DNA from: Auanema rhodensis
Lineage: Eukaryota; Animalia; Nematoda
Direction of reading: 5' to 3'
Length of the DNA: 64,000 nt
Assembly: GCA_964057225.1 (NCBI GenBank)
Contig: CAXKVF010000082.1
Location: 62,001-126,000 of the forward strand
Part shown: piece by piece, positions 52,080-64,000 of the stretch
Layout of the letters: each line of letters starts with the position of its first letter
Numbering within the stretch: position 1 is the stretch's first letter
Program-made: the position numbers and the translations under genes
The notes under the pieces: model-generated
What the model was told of the DNA's origin: nothing
Database searches by the model: none
Seen by the model: only the letters and a program-made list of their open reading frames with translations

Positions 52080-55000
52080 TTCACGTAAATTTCAAAGTCA
52101 TGGTTACCATGCACCAATATCAATAAAAATTTGTTTTTAGACTAATATGGACATGGGGAATCTAATTTTGAAAACCGCATCTCTTTATCTTTCACGTGAA
52201 GCGAGTTACATACCAAGTGCACATCACGTGTACATTTAATTAGCATAAATTAAAGTTCACGTAAATTTCAAAGTCATGGTTACCATGCACCAATATCAAT
52301 AAAAATTTGTTTTTAGACTAATATGGACATGGGGAATCTAATTTTGAAAACCGCATCTCTTTATCTTTCACGTGAAGCGAGTTACATACCAAGTGCACAT
52401 CACGTGTACATTTAATTAGCATAAATTAAAGTTCACGTAAATTTAATCTCGAAAAATTCACGTAAAATTTCAAAGTCATGGTTACCATGAACCAATATCA
52501 ATAACAATTTGTTTTTAGACTAATATGGACATGGGCAATCTAATTTTGAAAACCGCATCTCTTTATCTTTCACGTGAAGCGAGTTACATACCAAGTGCAC
52601 ATCACGTGTACATTTAATTAGCATAAATTAAAGTTCACGTAAATTTCAAAGTCATGGTTACCATGCACCAATATCAATAAAAATTTGTTTTTAGACTAAT
52701 ATGGACATGAGGAATCTAATTTTGAAAACCGCATCTCTTTATCTTTCACGTGAAGCGAGTTACATACCGAGTGCACATCACGTGTACATTTAATTAGCAT
52801 AAATTAAAGTTCACGTAAATTTCAAAGTCATGGTTACCATGCACCAATATCAATAAAAATTTGTTTTTAGACTAATATGGACATGGGGAATCTAATTTTG
52901 AAAACCGCATCTCTTCATCTTTCACGTGAAGCGAGTTACATACCAAGTGCACATCACGTCTAAATTTAATTAGCATAAATTAAAGTTCACGAAAATTTCA
53001 AAGTCATGGTTACCATGAACCAATATCAATAAAAATTTGTTTTTAGACTAATATGGACATGGGCAATCTAATTTTGAAAACCGCATCTCTTCATCTTTCA
53101 CGTGAAGCGAGTTACATACCAAGTGCACATCACGTGTACATTTAATTAGCATAAATTAAAGTTCACGTAAATTTCAAAGTCATGGTTACCATGAACCAAT
53201 ATCAATAAAAATTTGTTTTTAGACTAATATGGACATGGGGAATCTAATTTTGAAAACCGCATCTCTTTATCTTTCACGTGAAGCGAGTTACATACCAAGT
53301 GCACATCACGTGTACATTTAATTAGCATAAATTAAAGTTCACGTAAATTTCAAAGTCATGGTTACCATGAACCAATATCAATTAAAATTTGTTTTTAGAC
53401 TAATATTGACATGGGCAATCTAATTTTGAAAACCGCATCTCTTTATCTTTCACGTGAAGCGAGTTACATACCAAGTGCACATCACGTGTACATTTAATTA
53501 GCATAAATTAAAGTTCACGTAAATTTCAAAGTCATGGTTACCATGAACCAATATCAATAAAAATTTGTTTTTAGACTAATATGGACATGGGGAATCTAAT
53601 TTTGAAAACCGCATCTCTTTATCTTTCACGTGAAGCGAGTTACATACCAAGTGCACATCACGTGTACATTTAATTAGCATAAATTAAAGTTCACGTAAAT
53701 TTCAAAGTCATGGTTACCATGAACCAATATCAATTAAAATTTGTTTTTAGACTAATATGGACATGGGGAATCTAATTTTGAAAACCGCATCTCTTCATCT
53801 TTCACGTGAAGCGAGTTACATACCAAGTGCACATCACGTGTACATTTAATTAGCATAAATTAAAGTTCACGTAAATTTCAAAGTCATGGTTACCATGAAC
53901 CAATATCAATAAAAATTTGTTTTTAGACTAATATGGACATGGGGAATCTAATTTTGAAAACCGCATCTCTTTATCTTTCACGTGAAGCGAGTTCATACCA
54001 AGTGCACATCACGTGTACATTTAATTAGCATAAATTAAAGTTCACGTAAATTTCAAAGTCATGGTTACCATGCACCAATATCAATAAAAATTTGTTTTTA
54101 GACTAATATGGACATGGGGAATCTAATTTTGAAAACCGCATCTCTTTATCTTTCACGTGAAGCGAGTTACATACCAAGTGCACATCACGTGTACATTTAA
54201 TTAGCATAAATTAAAGTTCACGTAAATTTCAAAGTCATGTTTACCATGAAGCAATATCAATAAAAATTTGTTTTTAGACTAATATGGACAGGGGGAATCT
54301 AATTTTGAAAACCGCATCTCTTTATCTTTCACGTGAAGCGAGTTACATACCAAGTGCACATCACGTGTACATTTAATTAGCATAAATTAAAGTTCACGTA
54401 AAATTCAAAGTCATGGTTACCATGCACCAATATCAATAAAAATTTGTTTTTAGACTAATATGGACATGGGGAATCTAATTTTGAAAACCGCATCTCTTTA
54501 TCTTTCACGTGAAGCGAGTTACATACCAAGTGCACATCACGTGTACATTTAATTAGCATAAATTAAAGTTCACGTAAATTTCAAAGTCACGGTTACCATG
54601 CACCAATATCAATAAAAATTTGTTTTTAGACTAATATGGACATGGGGAATCTAATTTTGAAAACCGCATCTCTTTATCTTTCACGTGAAGCGAGTTACAT
54701 ACCAAGTGCACATCACGTGTACATTTAATTAGCATAAATTAAAGTTCACGTAAATTTAATCTCGAAAAATTCACGTAAAATTTCAAAGTCATGGTTACCA
54801 TGAACCAATATCAATAACAATTTGTTTTTAGACTAATATGGACATGGGCAATCTAATTTTGAAAACCGCATCTCTTTATCTTTCACGTGAAGCGAGTTAC
54901 ATACCAAGTGCACATCACGTGTACATTTAATTAGCATAAATTAAAGTTCACGTAAATTTCAAAGTCATGGTTACCATGCACCAATATCAATAAAAATTTG

Positions 55001-58000
55001 TTTTTAGACTAATATGGACATGAGGAATCTAATTTTGAAAACCGCATCTCTTTATCTTTCACGTGAAGCGAGTTACATACCGAGTGCACATCACGTGTAC
55101 ATTTAATTAGCATAAATTAAAGTTCACGTAAATTTCAAAGTCATGGTTACCATGCACCAATATCAATAAAAATTTGTTTTTAGACTAATATGGACATGGG
55201 GAATCTAATTTTGAAAACCGCATCTCTTCATCTTTCACGTGAAGCGAGTTACATACCAAGTGCACATCACGTCTAAATTTAATTAGCATAAATTAAAGTT
55301 CACGAAAATTTCAAAGTCATGGTTACCATGAACCAATATCAATAAAAATTTGTTTTTAGACTAATATGGACATGGGCAATCTAATTTTGAAAACCGCATC
55401 TCTTCATCTTTCACGTGAAGCGAGTTACATACCAAGTGCACATCACGTGTACATTTAATTAGCATAAATTAAAGTTCACGTAAATTTCAAAGTCATGGTT
55501 ACCATGAACCAATATCAATAAAAATTTGTTTTTAGACTAATATGGACATGGGGAATCTAATTTTGAAAACCGCATCTCTTTATCTTTCACGTGAAGCGAG
55601 TTACATACCAAGTGCACATCACGTGTACATTTAATTAGCATAAATTAAAGTTCACGTAAATTTCAAAGTCATGGTTACCATGAACCAATATCAATTAAAA
55701 TTTGTTTTTAGACTAATATTGACATGGGCAATCTAATTTTGAAAACCGCATCTCTTTATCTTTCACGTGAAGCGAGTTACATACCAAGTGCACATCACGT
55801 GTACATTTAATTAGCATAAATTAAAGTTCACGTAAATTTCAAAGTCACGGTTACCATGCACCAATATCAATAAAAATTTGTTTTTAGACTAATATGGACA
55901 TGGGAAATCTAATTTTGAAAACCGTATCTCTTTATCTTTCACGTGAAGCGAGTTACATACCAAGTGCACATCACGTGTACATTTAATTAGCATAAATTAA
56001 AGTTCACGTAAATTTCAAAGTCATGGTTACCATGAACCAATATCAATAACAATTTGTTTTTAGACTAATATGGACATGGGCAATCTAATTTTGAAAACCG
56101 CATCTCTTTATCTTTCACGTGAAGCGAGTTACATACCAAGTGCACATCACGTGTACATTTAATTAGCATAAATTAAAGTTCACGTAAATTTCAAAGTCAT
56201 GGTTACCATGCACCAATATCAATAAAAATTTGTTTTTAGACTAATATGGACATGGGGAATCTAATTTTGAAAACCGCATCTCTTTATCTTTCACGTGAAG
56301 CGAGTTACATACCAAGTGCACATCACGTGTACATTTAATTAGCATAAATTAAAGTTCACGTAAATTTCAAAGTCATGGTTACCATGCACCAATATCAATA
56401 AAAATTTGTTTTTAGACTAATATGGACATGGGGAATCTAATTTTGAAAACCGCATCTCTTTATCTTTCACGTGAAGCGAGTTACATACCAAGTGCACATC
56501 ACGTGTACATTTAATTAGCATAAATTAAAGTTCACGTAAATTTAATCTCGAAAAATTCACGTAAAATTTCAAAGTCATGGTTACCATGAACCAATATCAA
56601 TAACAATTTGTTTTTAGACTAATATGGACATGGGCAATCTAATTTTGAAAACCGCATCTCTTTATCTTTCACGTGAAGCGAGTTACATACCAAGTGCACA
56701 TCACGTGTACATTTAATTAGCATAAATTAAAGTTCACGTAAATTTCAAAGTCATGGTTACCATGCACCAATATCAATAAAAATTTGTTTTTAGACTAATA
56801 TGGACATGAGGAATCTAATTTTGAAAACCGCATCTCTTTATCTTTCACGTGAAGCGAGTTACATACCGAGTGCACATCACGTGTACATTTAATTAGCATA
56901 AATTAAAGTTCACGTAAATTTCAAAGTCATGGTTACCATGCACCAATATCAATAAAAATTTGTTTTTAGACTAATATGGACATGGGGAATCTAATTTTGA
57001 AAACCGCATCTCTTCATCTTTCACGTGAAGCGAGTTACATACCAAGTGCACATCACGTCTAAATTTAATTAGCATAAATTAAAGTTCACGAAAATTTCAA
57101 AGTCATGGTTACCATGAACCAATATCAATAAAAATTTGTTTTTAGACTAATATGGACATGGGCAATCTAATTTTGAAAACCGCATCTCTTCATCTTTCAC
57201 GTGAAGCGAGTTACATACCAAGTGCACATCACGTGTACATTTAATTAGCATAAATTAAAGTTCACGTAAATTTCAAAGTCATGGTTACCATGAACCAATA
57301 TCAATAAAAATTTGTTTTTAGACTAATATGGACATGGGGAATCTAATTTTGAAAACCGCATCTCTTTATCTTTCACGTGAAGCGAGTTACATACCAAGTG
57401 CACATCACGTGTACATTTAATTAGCATAAATTAAAGTTCACGTAAATTTCAAAGTCATGGTTACCATGAACCAATATCAATTAAAATTTGTTTTTAGACT
57501 AATATTGACATGGGCAATCTAATTTTGAAAACCGCATCTCTTTATCTTTCACGTGAAGCGAGTTACATACCAAGTGCACATCACGTGTACATTTAATTAG
57601 CATAAATTAAAGTTCACGTAAATTTCAAAGTCATGGTTACCATGAACCAATATCAATAAAAATTTGTTTTTAGACTAATATGGACATGGGGAATCTAATT
57701 TTGAAAACCGCATCTCTTTATCTTTCACGTGAAGCGAGTTACATACCAAGTGCACATCACGTGTACATTTAATTAGCATAAATTAAAGTTCACGTAAATT
57801 TCAAAGTCATGGTTACCATGAACCAATATCAATTAAAATTTGTTTTTAGACTAATATGGACATGGGGAATCTAATTTTGAAAACCGCATCTCTTCATCTT
57901 TCACGTGAAGCGAGTTACATACCAAGTGCACATCACGTGTACATTTAATTAGCATAAATTAAAGTTCACGTAAATTTCAAAGTCATGGTTACCATGAACC

Positions 58001-60277
58001 AATATCAATAAAAATTTGTTTTTAGACTAATATGGACATGGGGAATCTAATTTTGAAAACCGCATCTCTTTATCTTTCACGTGAAGCGAGTTCATACCAA
58101 GTGCACATCACGTGTACATTTAATTAGCATAAATTAAAGTTCACGTAAATTTCAAAGTCATGGTTACCATGCACCAATATCAATAAAAATTTGTTTTTAG
58201 ACTAATATGGACATGGGGAATCTAATTTTGAAAACCGCATCTCTTTATCTTTCACGTGAAGCGAGTTACATACCAAGTGCACATCACGTGTACATTTAAT
58301 TAGCATAAATTAAAGTTCACGTAAATTTCAAAGTCATGTTTACCATGAAGCAATATCAATAAAAATTTGTTTTTAGACTAATATGGACAGGGGGAATCTA
58401 ATTTTGAAAACCGCATCTCTTTATCTTTCACGTGAAGCGAGTTACATACCAAGTGCACATCACGTGTACATTTAATTAGCATAAATTAAAGTTCACGTAA
58501 AATTCAAAGTCATGGTTACCATGCACCAATATCAATAAAAATTTGTTTTTAGACTAATATGGACATGGGGAATCTAATTTTGAAAACCGCATCTCTTTAT
58601 CTTTCACGTGAAGCGAGTTACATACCAAGTGCACATCACGTGTACATTTAATTAGCATAAATTAAAGTTCACGTAAATTTCAAAGTCACGGTTACCATGC
58701 ACCAATATCAATAAAAATTTGTTTTTAGACTAATATGGACATGGGGAATCTAATTTTGAAAACCGCATCTCTTTATCTTTCACGTGAAGCGAGTTACATA
58801 CCAAGTGCACATCACGTGTACATTTAATTAGCATAAATTAAAGTTCACGTAAATTTAATCTCGAAAAATTCACGTAAAATTTCAAAGTCATGGTTACCAT
58901 GAACCAATATCAATAACAATTTGTTTTTAGACTAATATGGACATGGGCAATCTAATTTTGAAAACCGCATCTCTTTATCTTTCACGTGAAGCGAGTTACA
59001 TACCAAGTGCACATCACGTGTACATTTAATTAGCATAAATTAAAGTTCACGTAAATTTCAAAGTCATGGTTACCATGCACCAATATCAATAAAAATTTGT
59101 TTTTAGACTAATATGGACATGAGGAATCTAATTTTGAAAACCGCATCTCTTTATCTTTCACGTGAAGCGAGTTACATACCGAGTGCACATCACGTGTACA
59201 TTTAATTAGCATAAATTAAAGTTCACGTAAATTTCAAAGTCATGGTTACCATGCACCAATATCAATAAAAATTTGTTTTTAGACTAATATGGACATGGGG
59301 AATCTAATTTTGAAAACCGCATCTCTTCATCTTTCACGTGAAGCGAGTTACATACCAAGTGCACATCACGTCTAAATTTAATTAGCATAAATTAAAGTTC
59401 ACGAAAATTTCAAAGTCATGGTTACCATGAACCAATATCAATAAAAATTTGTTTTTAGACTAATATGGACATGGGCAATCTAATTTTGAAAACCGCATCT
59501 CTTCATCTTTCACGTGAAGCGAGTTACATACCAAGTGCACATCACGTGTACATTTAATTAGCATAAATTAAAGTTCACGTAAATTTCAAAGTCATGGTTA
59601 CCATGAACCAATATCAATAAAAATTTGTTTTTAGACTAATATGGACATGGGGAATCTAATTTTGAAAACCGCATCTCTTTATCTTTCACGTGAAGCGAGT
59701 TACATACCAAGTGCACATCACGTGTACATTTAATTAGCATAAATTAAAGTTCACGTAAATTTCAAAGTCATGGTTACCATGAACCAATATCAATTAAAAT
59801 TTGTTTTTAGACTAATATTGACATGGGCAATCTAATTTTGAAAACCGCATCTCTTTATCTTTCACGTGAAGCGAGTTACATACCAAGTGCACATCACGTG
59901 TACATTTAATTAGCATAAATTAAAGTTCACGTAAATTTCAAAGTCACGGTTACCATGCACCAATATCAATAAAAATTTGTTTTTAGACTAATATGGACAT
60001 GGGAAATCTAATTTTGAAAACCGTATCTCTTTATCTTTCACGTGAAGCGAGTTACATACCAAGTGCACATCACGTGTACATTTAATTAGCATAAATTAAA
60101 GTTCACGTAAATTTCAAAGTCATGGTTACCATGAACCAATATCAATAACAATTTGTTTTTAGACTAATATGGACATGGGCAATCTAATTTTGAAAACCGC
60201 ATCTCTTTATCTTTCACGTGAAGCGAGTTACATACCAAGTGCACATCACGTGTACATTTAATTAGCATAAATTAAAG
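52080..60277. repeat. 23-monomer (4099-bp) tandem duplication: 52080-56178 and 56179-60277
   Basis: 202-bp monomers at 52432/56531 and 54745/58844, 1-bp deletions near 53993/58092, and the GGGAAA+CCGTAT monomer all recur at +4099 (23x176+2x26-1). Confidence 0.92.
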
Positions 60278-63200
60278 TTCACGTAAATTTCAAAGTCATG
60301 GTTACCATGCACCAATATCAATAAAAATTTGTTTTTAGACTAATATGGACATGGGGAATCTAATTTTGAAAACCGCATCTCTTCATCTTTCACGTGAAGC
60401 GAGTTACATACCAAGTGCACATCACGTCTAAATTTAATTAGCATAAATTAAAGTTCACGAAAATTTCAAAGTCATGGTTACCATGAACCAATATCAATAA
60501 AAATTTGTTTTTAGACTAATATGGACATGGGCAATCTAATTTTGAAAACCGCATCTCTTCATCTTTCACGTGAAGCGAGTTACATACCAAGTGCACATCA
60601 CGTGTACATTTAATTAGCATAAATTAAAGTTCACGTAAATTTCAAAGTCATGGTTACCATGCACCAATATCAATAAAAATTTGTTTTTAGACTAATATGG
60701 ACATGGGGAATCTAATTTTGAAAACCGCATCTCTTCATCTTTCACGTGAAGCGAGTTACATACCAAGTGCACATCACGTGTACATTTAATTAGCATAAAT
60801 TAAAGTTCACGTAAATTTCAAAGTCATGGTTACCATGAACCAATATCAATAAAAATTTGTTTTTAGACTAATATGGACATGGGGAATCTAATTTTGAAAA
60901 CCGCATCTCTTTATCTTTCACGTGAAGCGAGTTCATACCAAGTGCACATCACGTGTACATTTAATTAGCATAAATTAAAGTTCACGTAAATTTCAAAGTC
61001 ATGGTTACCATGCACCAATATCAATAAAAATTTGTTTTTAGACTAATATGGACATGGGGAATCTAATTTTGAAAACCGCATCTCTTTATCTTTCACGTGA
61101 AGCGAGTTACATACCAAGTGCACATCACGTGTACATTTAATTAGCATAAATTAAAGTTCACGTAAATTTCAAAGTCATGTTTACCATGACGCAATATCAA
61201 TAAAAATTTGTTTTTAGACTAATATGGACAGGGGGAATCTAATTTTGAAAACCGCATCTCTTTATCTTTCACGTGAAGCGAGTTACATACCAAGTGCACA
61301 TCACGTGTACATTTAATTAGCATAAATTAAAGTTCACGTAAAATTCAAAGTCATGGTTACCATGCACCAATATCAATAAAAATTTGTTTTTAGACTAATA
61401 TGGACATGGGGAATCTAATTTTGAAAACCGCATCTCTTTATCTTTCACGTGAAGCGAGTTACATACCAAGTGCACATCACGTGTACATTTAATTAGCATA
61501 AATTAAAGTTCACGTAAATTTAATCTCGAAAAATTCACGTAAAATTTCAAAGTCATGGTTACCATGAACCAATATCAATAACAATTTGTTTTTAGACTAA
61601 TATGGACATGGGCAATCTAATTTTGAAAACCGCATCTCTTTATCTTTCACGTGAAGCGAGTTACATACCAAGTGCACATCACGTGTACATTTAATTAGCA
61701 TAAATTAAAGTTCACGTAAATTTCAAAGTCATGGTTACCATGCACCAATATCAATAAAAATTTGTTTTTAGACTAATATGGACATGAGGAATCTAATTTT
61801 GAAAACCGCATCTCTTTATCTTTCACGTGAAGCGAGTTACATACCGAGTGCACATCACGTGTACATTTAATTAGCATAAATTAAAGTTCACGTAAATTTC
61901 AAAGTCATGGTTACCATGCACCAATATCAATAAAAATTTGTTTTTAGACTAATATGGACATGGGGAATCTAATTTTGAAAACCGCATCTCTTCATCTTTC
62001 ACGTGAAGCGAGTTACATACCAAGTGCACATCACGTCTAAATTTAATTAGCATAAATTAAAGTTCACGAAAATTTCAAAGTCATGGTTACCATGAACCAA
62101 TATCAATAAAAATTTGTTTTTAGACTAATATGGACATGGGCAATCTAATTTTGAAAACCGCATCTCTTTATCTTTCACGTGAAGCGAGTTACATACCAAG
62201 TGCACATCACGTGTACATTTAATTAGCATAAATTAAAGTTCACGTAAATTTCAAAGTCATGGTTACCATGCACCAATATCAATAAAAATTTGTTTTTAGA
62301 CTAATATGGACATGAGGAATCTAATTTTGAAAACCGCATCTCTTTATCTTTCACGTGAAGCGAGTTACATACCGAGTGCACATCACGTGTACATTTAATT
62401 AGCATAAATTAAAGTTCACGTAAATTTCAAAGTCATGGTTACCATGCACCAATATCAATAAAAATTTGTTTTTAGACTAATATGGACATGGGGAATCTAA
62501 TTTTGAAAACCGCATCTCTTCATCTTTCACGTGAAGCGAGTTACATACCAAGTGCACATCACGTCTAAATTTAATTAGCATAAATTAAAGTTCACGAAAA
62601 TTTCAAAGTCATGGTTACCATGAACCAATATCAATAAAAATTTGTTTTTAGACTAATATGGACATGAGGAATCTAATTTTGAAAACCGCATCTCTTTATC
62701 TTTCACGTGAAGCGAGTTACATACCGAGTGCACATCACGTGTACATTTAATTAGCATAAATTAAAGTTCACGTAAATTTCAAAGTCATGGTTACCATGCA
62801 CCAATATCAATAAAAATTTGTTTTTAGACTAATATGGACATGGGGAATCTAATTTTGAAAACCGCATCTCTTCATCTTTCACGTGAAGCGAGTTACATAC
62901 CAAGTGCACATCACGTCTAAATTTAATTAGCATAAATTAAAGTTCACGAAAATTTCAAAGTCATGGTTACCATGAACCAATATCAATAAAAATTTGTTTT
63001 TAGACTAATATGGACATGGGCAATCTAATTTTGAAAACCGCATCTATTCATCTTTCACGTGAAGCGAGTTACATACCAAGTGCACATCACGTGTACATTT
63101 AATTAGCATAAATTAAAGTTCACGTAAATTTCAAAGTCATGGTTACCATGCACCAATATCAATAAAAATTTGTTTTTAGACTAATATGGACATGGGGAAT

Positions 63201-64000
63201 CTAATTTTGAAAACCGCATCTCTTCATCTTTCACGTGAAGCGAGTTACATACCAAGTGCACATCACGTGTACATTTAATTAGCATAAATTAAAGTTCACG
63301 TAAATTTCAAAGTCATGGTTACCATGAACCAATATCAATAAAAATTTGTTTTTAGACTAATATGGACATGGGGAATCTAATTTTGAAAACCGCATCTCTT
63401 TATCTTTCACGTGAAGCGAGTTACATACCAAGTGCACATCACGTGTACATTTAATTAGCATAAATTAAAGTTCACGAAAATTTCAAAGTCATGGTTACCA
63501 TGCACCAATATCAATAAAAATTTGTTTTTAGACTAATATGGACATGGGGAATCTAATTTTGAAAACCGCATCTCTTTATCTTTCACGTGAAGCGAGTTAC
63601 ATACCAAGTGCACATCACGTGTACATTTAATTAGCATAAATTAAAGTTCACGTAAATTTCAAAGTCATGTTTACCATGAAGCAATATCAATAAAAATTTG
63701 TTTTTAGACTAATATGGACAGGGGGAATCTAATTTTGAAAACCGCATCTCTTTATCTTTCACGTGAAGCGAGTTACATACCAAGTGCACATCACGTGTAC
63801 ATTTAATTAGCATAAATTAAAGTTCACGTAAATTTCAAAGTCATGGTTACCATGAACCAATATCAATAAAAATTTGTTTTTAGAATAATATGGACATGGG
63901 GAATCTAATTTTGAAAACCGCATCTCTTTATCTTTCACGTGAAGCGAGTTACATACCAAGTGCACATCACGTGTACATTTAATTAGCATAAATTAAAGTT

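Larger units (their letters stand above)
1..64000. repeat. Tandem satellite DNA array, 176-bp monomer, 362 complete copies, one orientation; putative centromeric, pericentromeric or other heterochromatic satellite
   Basis: TTCACGTAAATTTCAAAG recurs at 1, 177, 353 and onward in exact 176-bp phase to 23585 (134x176+1). After that, phase shifts are fully explained by the listed indels. No unique sequence anywhere, and the array runs off both window ends. Centromeric function is inferred only from monomer length and homogeneity. Confidence 0.99.

Noticed and set aside
1-64000. CRISPR array or other repeat-spacer system
   Set aside because: No unique spacers, leader or cas genes. The entire 176 bp is repeated.
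1-64000. One fixed higher-order repeat or a coded pattern in the variant order
   Set aside because: Periods vary (2 to about 32 monomers) and mostly occur only two or three times each. Ordinary local duplication and conversion explain the pattern.

Overview
The whole 64 kb is one uninterrupted, single-orientation, head-to-tail satellite DNA array. The monomer is 176 bp and about 32% GC. Consensus in window phase: TTCACGTAAATTTCAAAGTCATGGTTACCATG[A/C]ACCAATATCAATAAAAATTTGTTTTTAGACTAATATGGACATGGGGAATCTAATTTTGAAAACCGCATCTCTTTATCTTTCACGTGAAGCGAGTTACATACCAAGTGCACATCACGTGTACATTTAATTAGCATAAATTAAAG. By hand count there are 362 complete monomers plus 2 bp. The lengths add up exactly: 362x176 + ten 26-bp insertions + four 8-bp duplications + one 1-bp gain - seven 1-bp deletions + 2 = 64000. 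Monomers differ from the consensus at only about 0-4 substitutions. The nucleosome-scale unit, AT richness, homogeneity and dyad content fit a eukaryotic (peri)centromeric or other heterochromatic satellite, but I cannot name the family or species. I find no genes, RNA genes, transposons or CRISPR array, and no evidence for a new protein-coding system. The three 60-aa ORFs come from one SNP that removes a stop codon. The real structure lies in the variants: three domains with largely private SNP sets, nested and irregular higher-order duplications (about 4- to 32-mers), a 202-bp monomer that appears to have arisen once and spread, helically phased TCACGT motifs, several successful variants that perfect local palindromes, and almost no CpG transitions. 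All monomer typing was done by eye and should be confirmed computationally.
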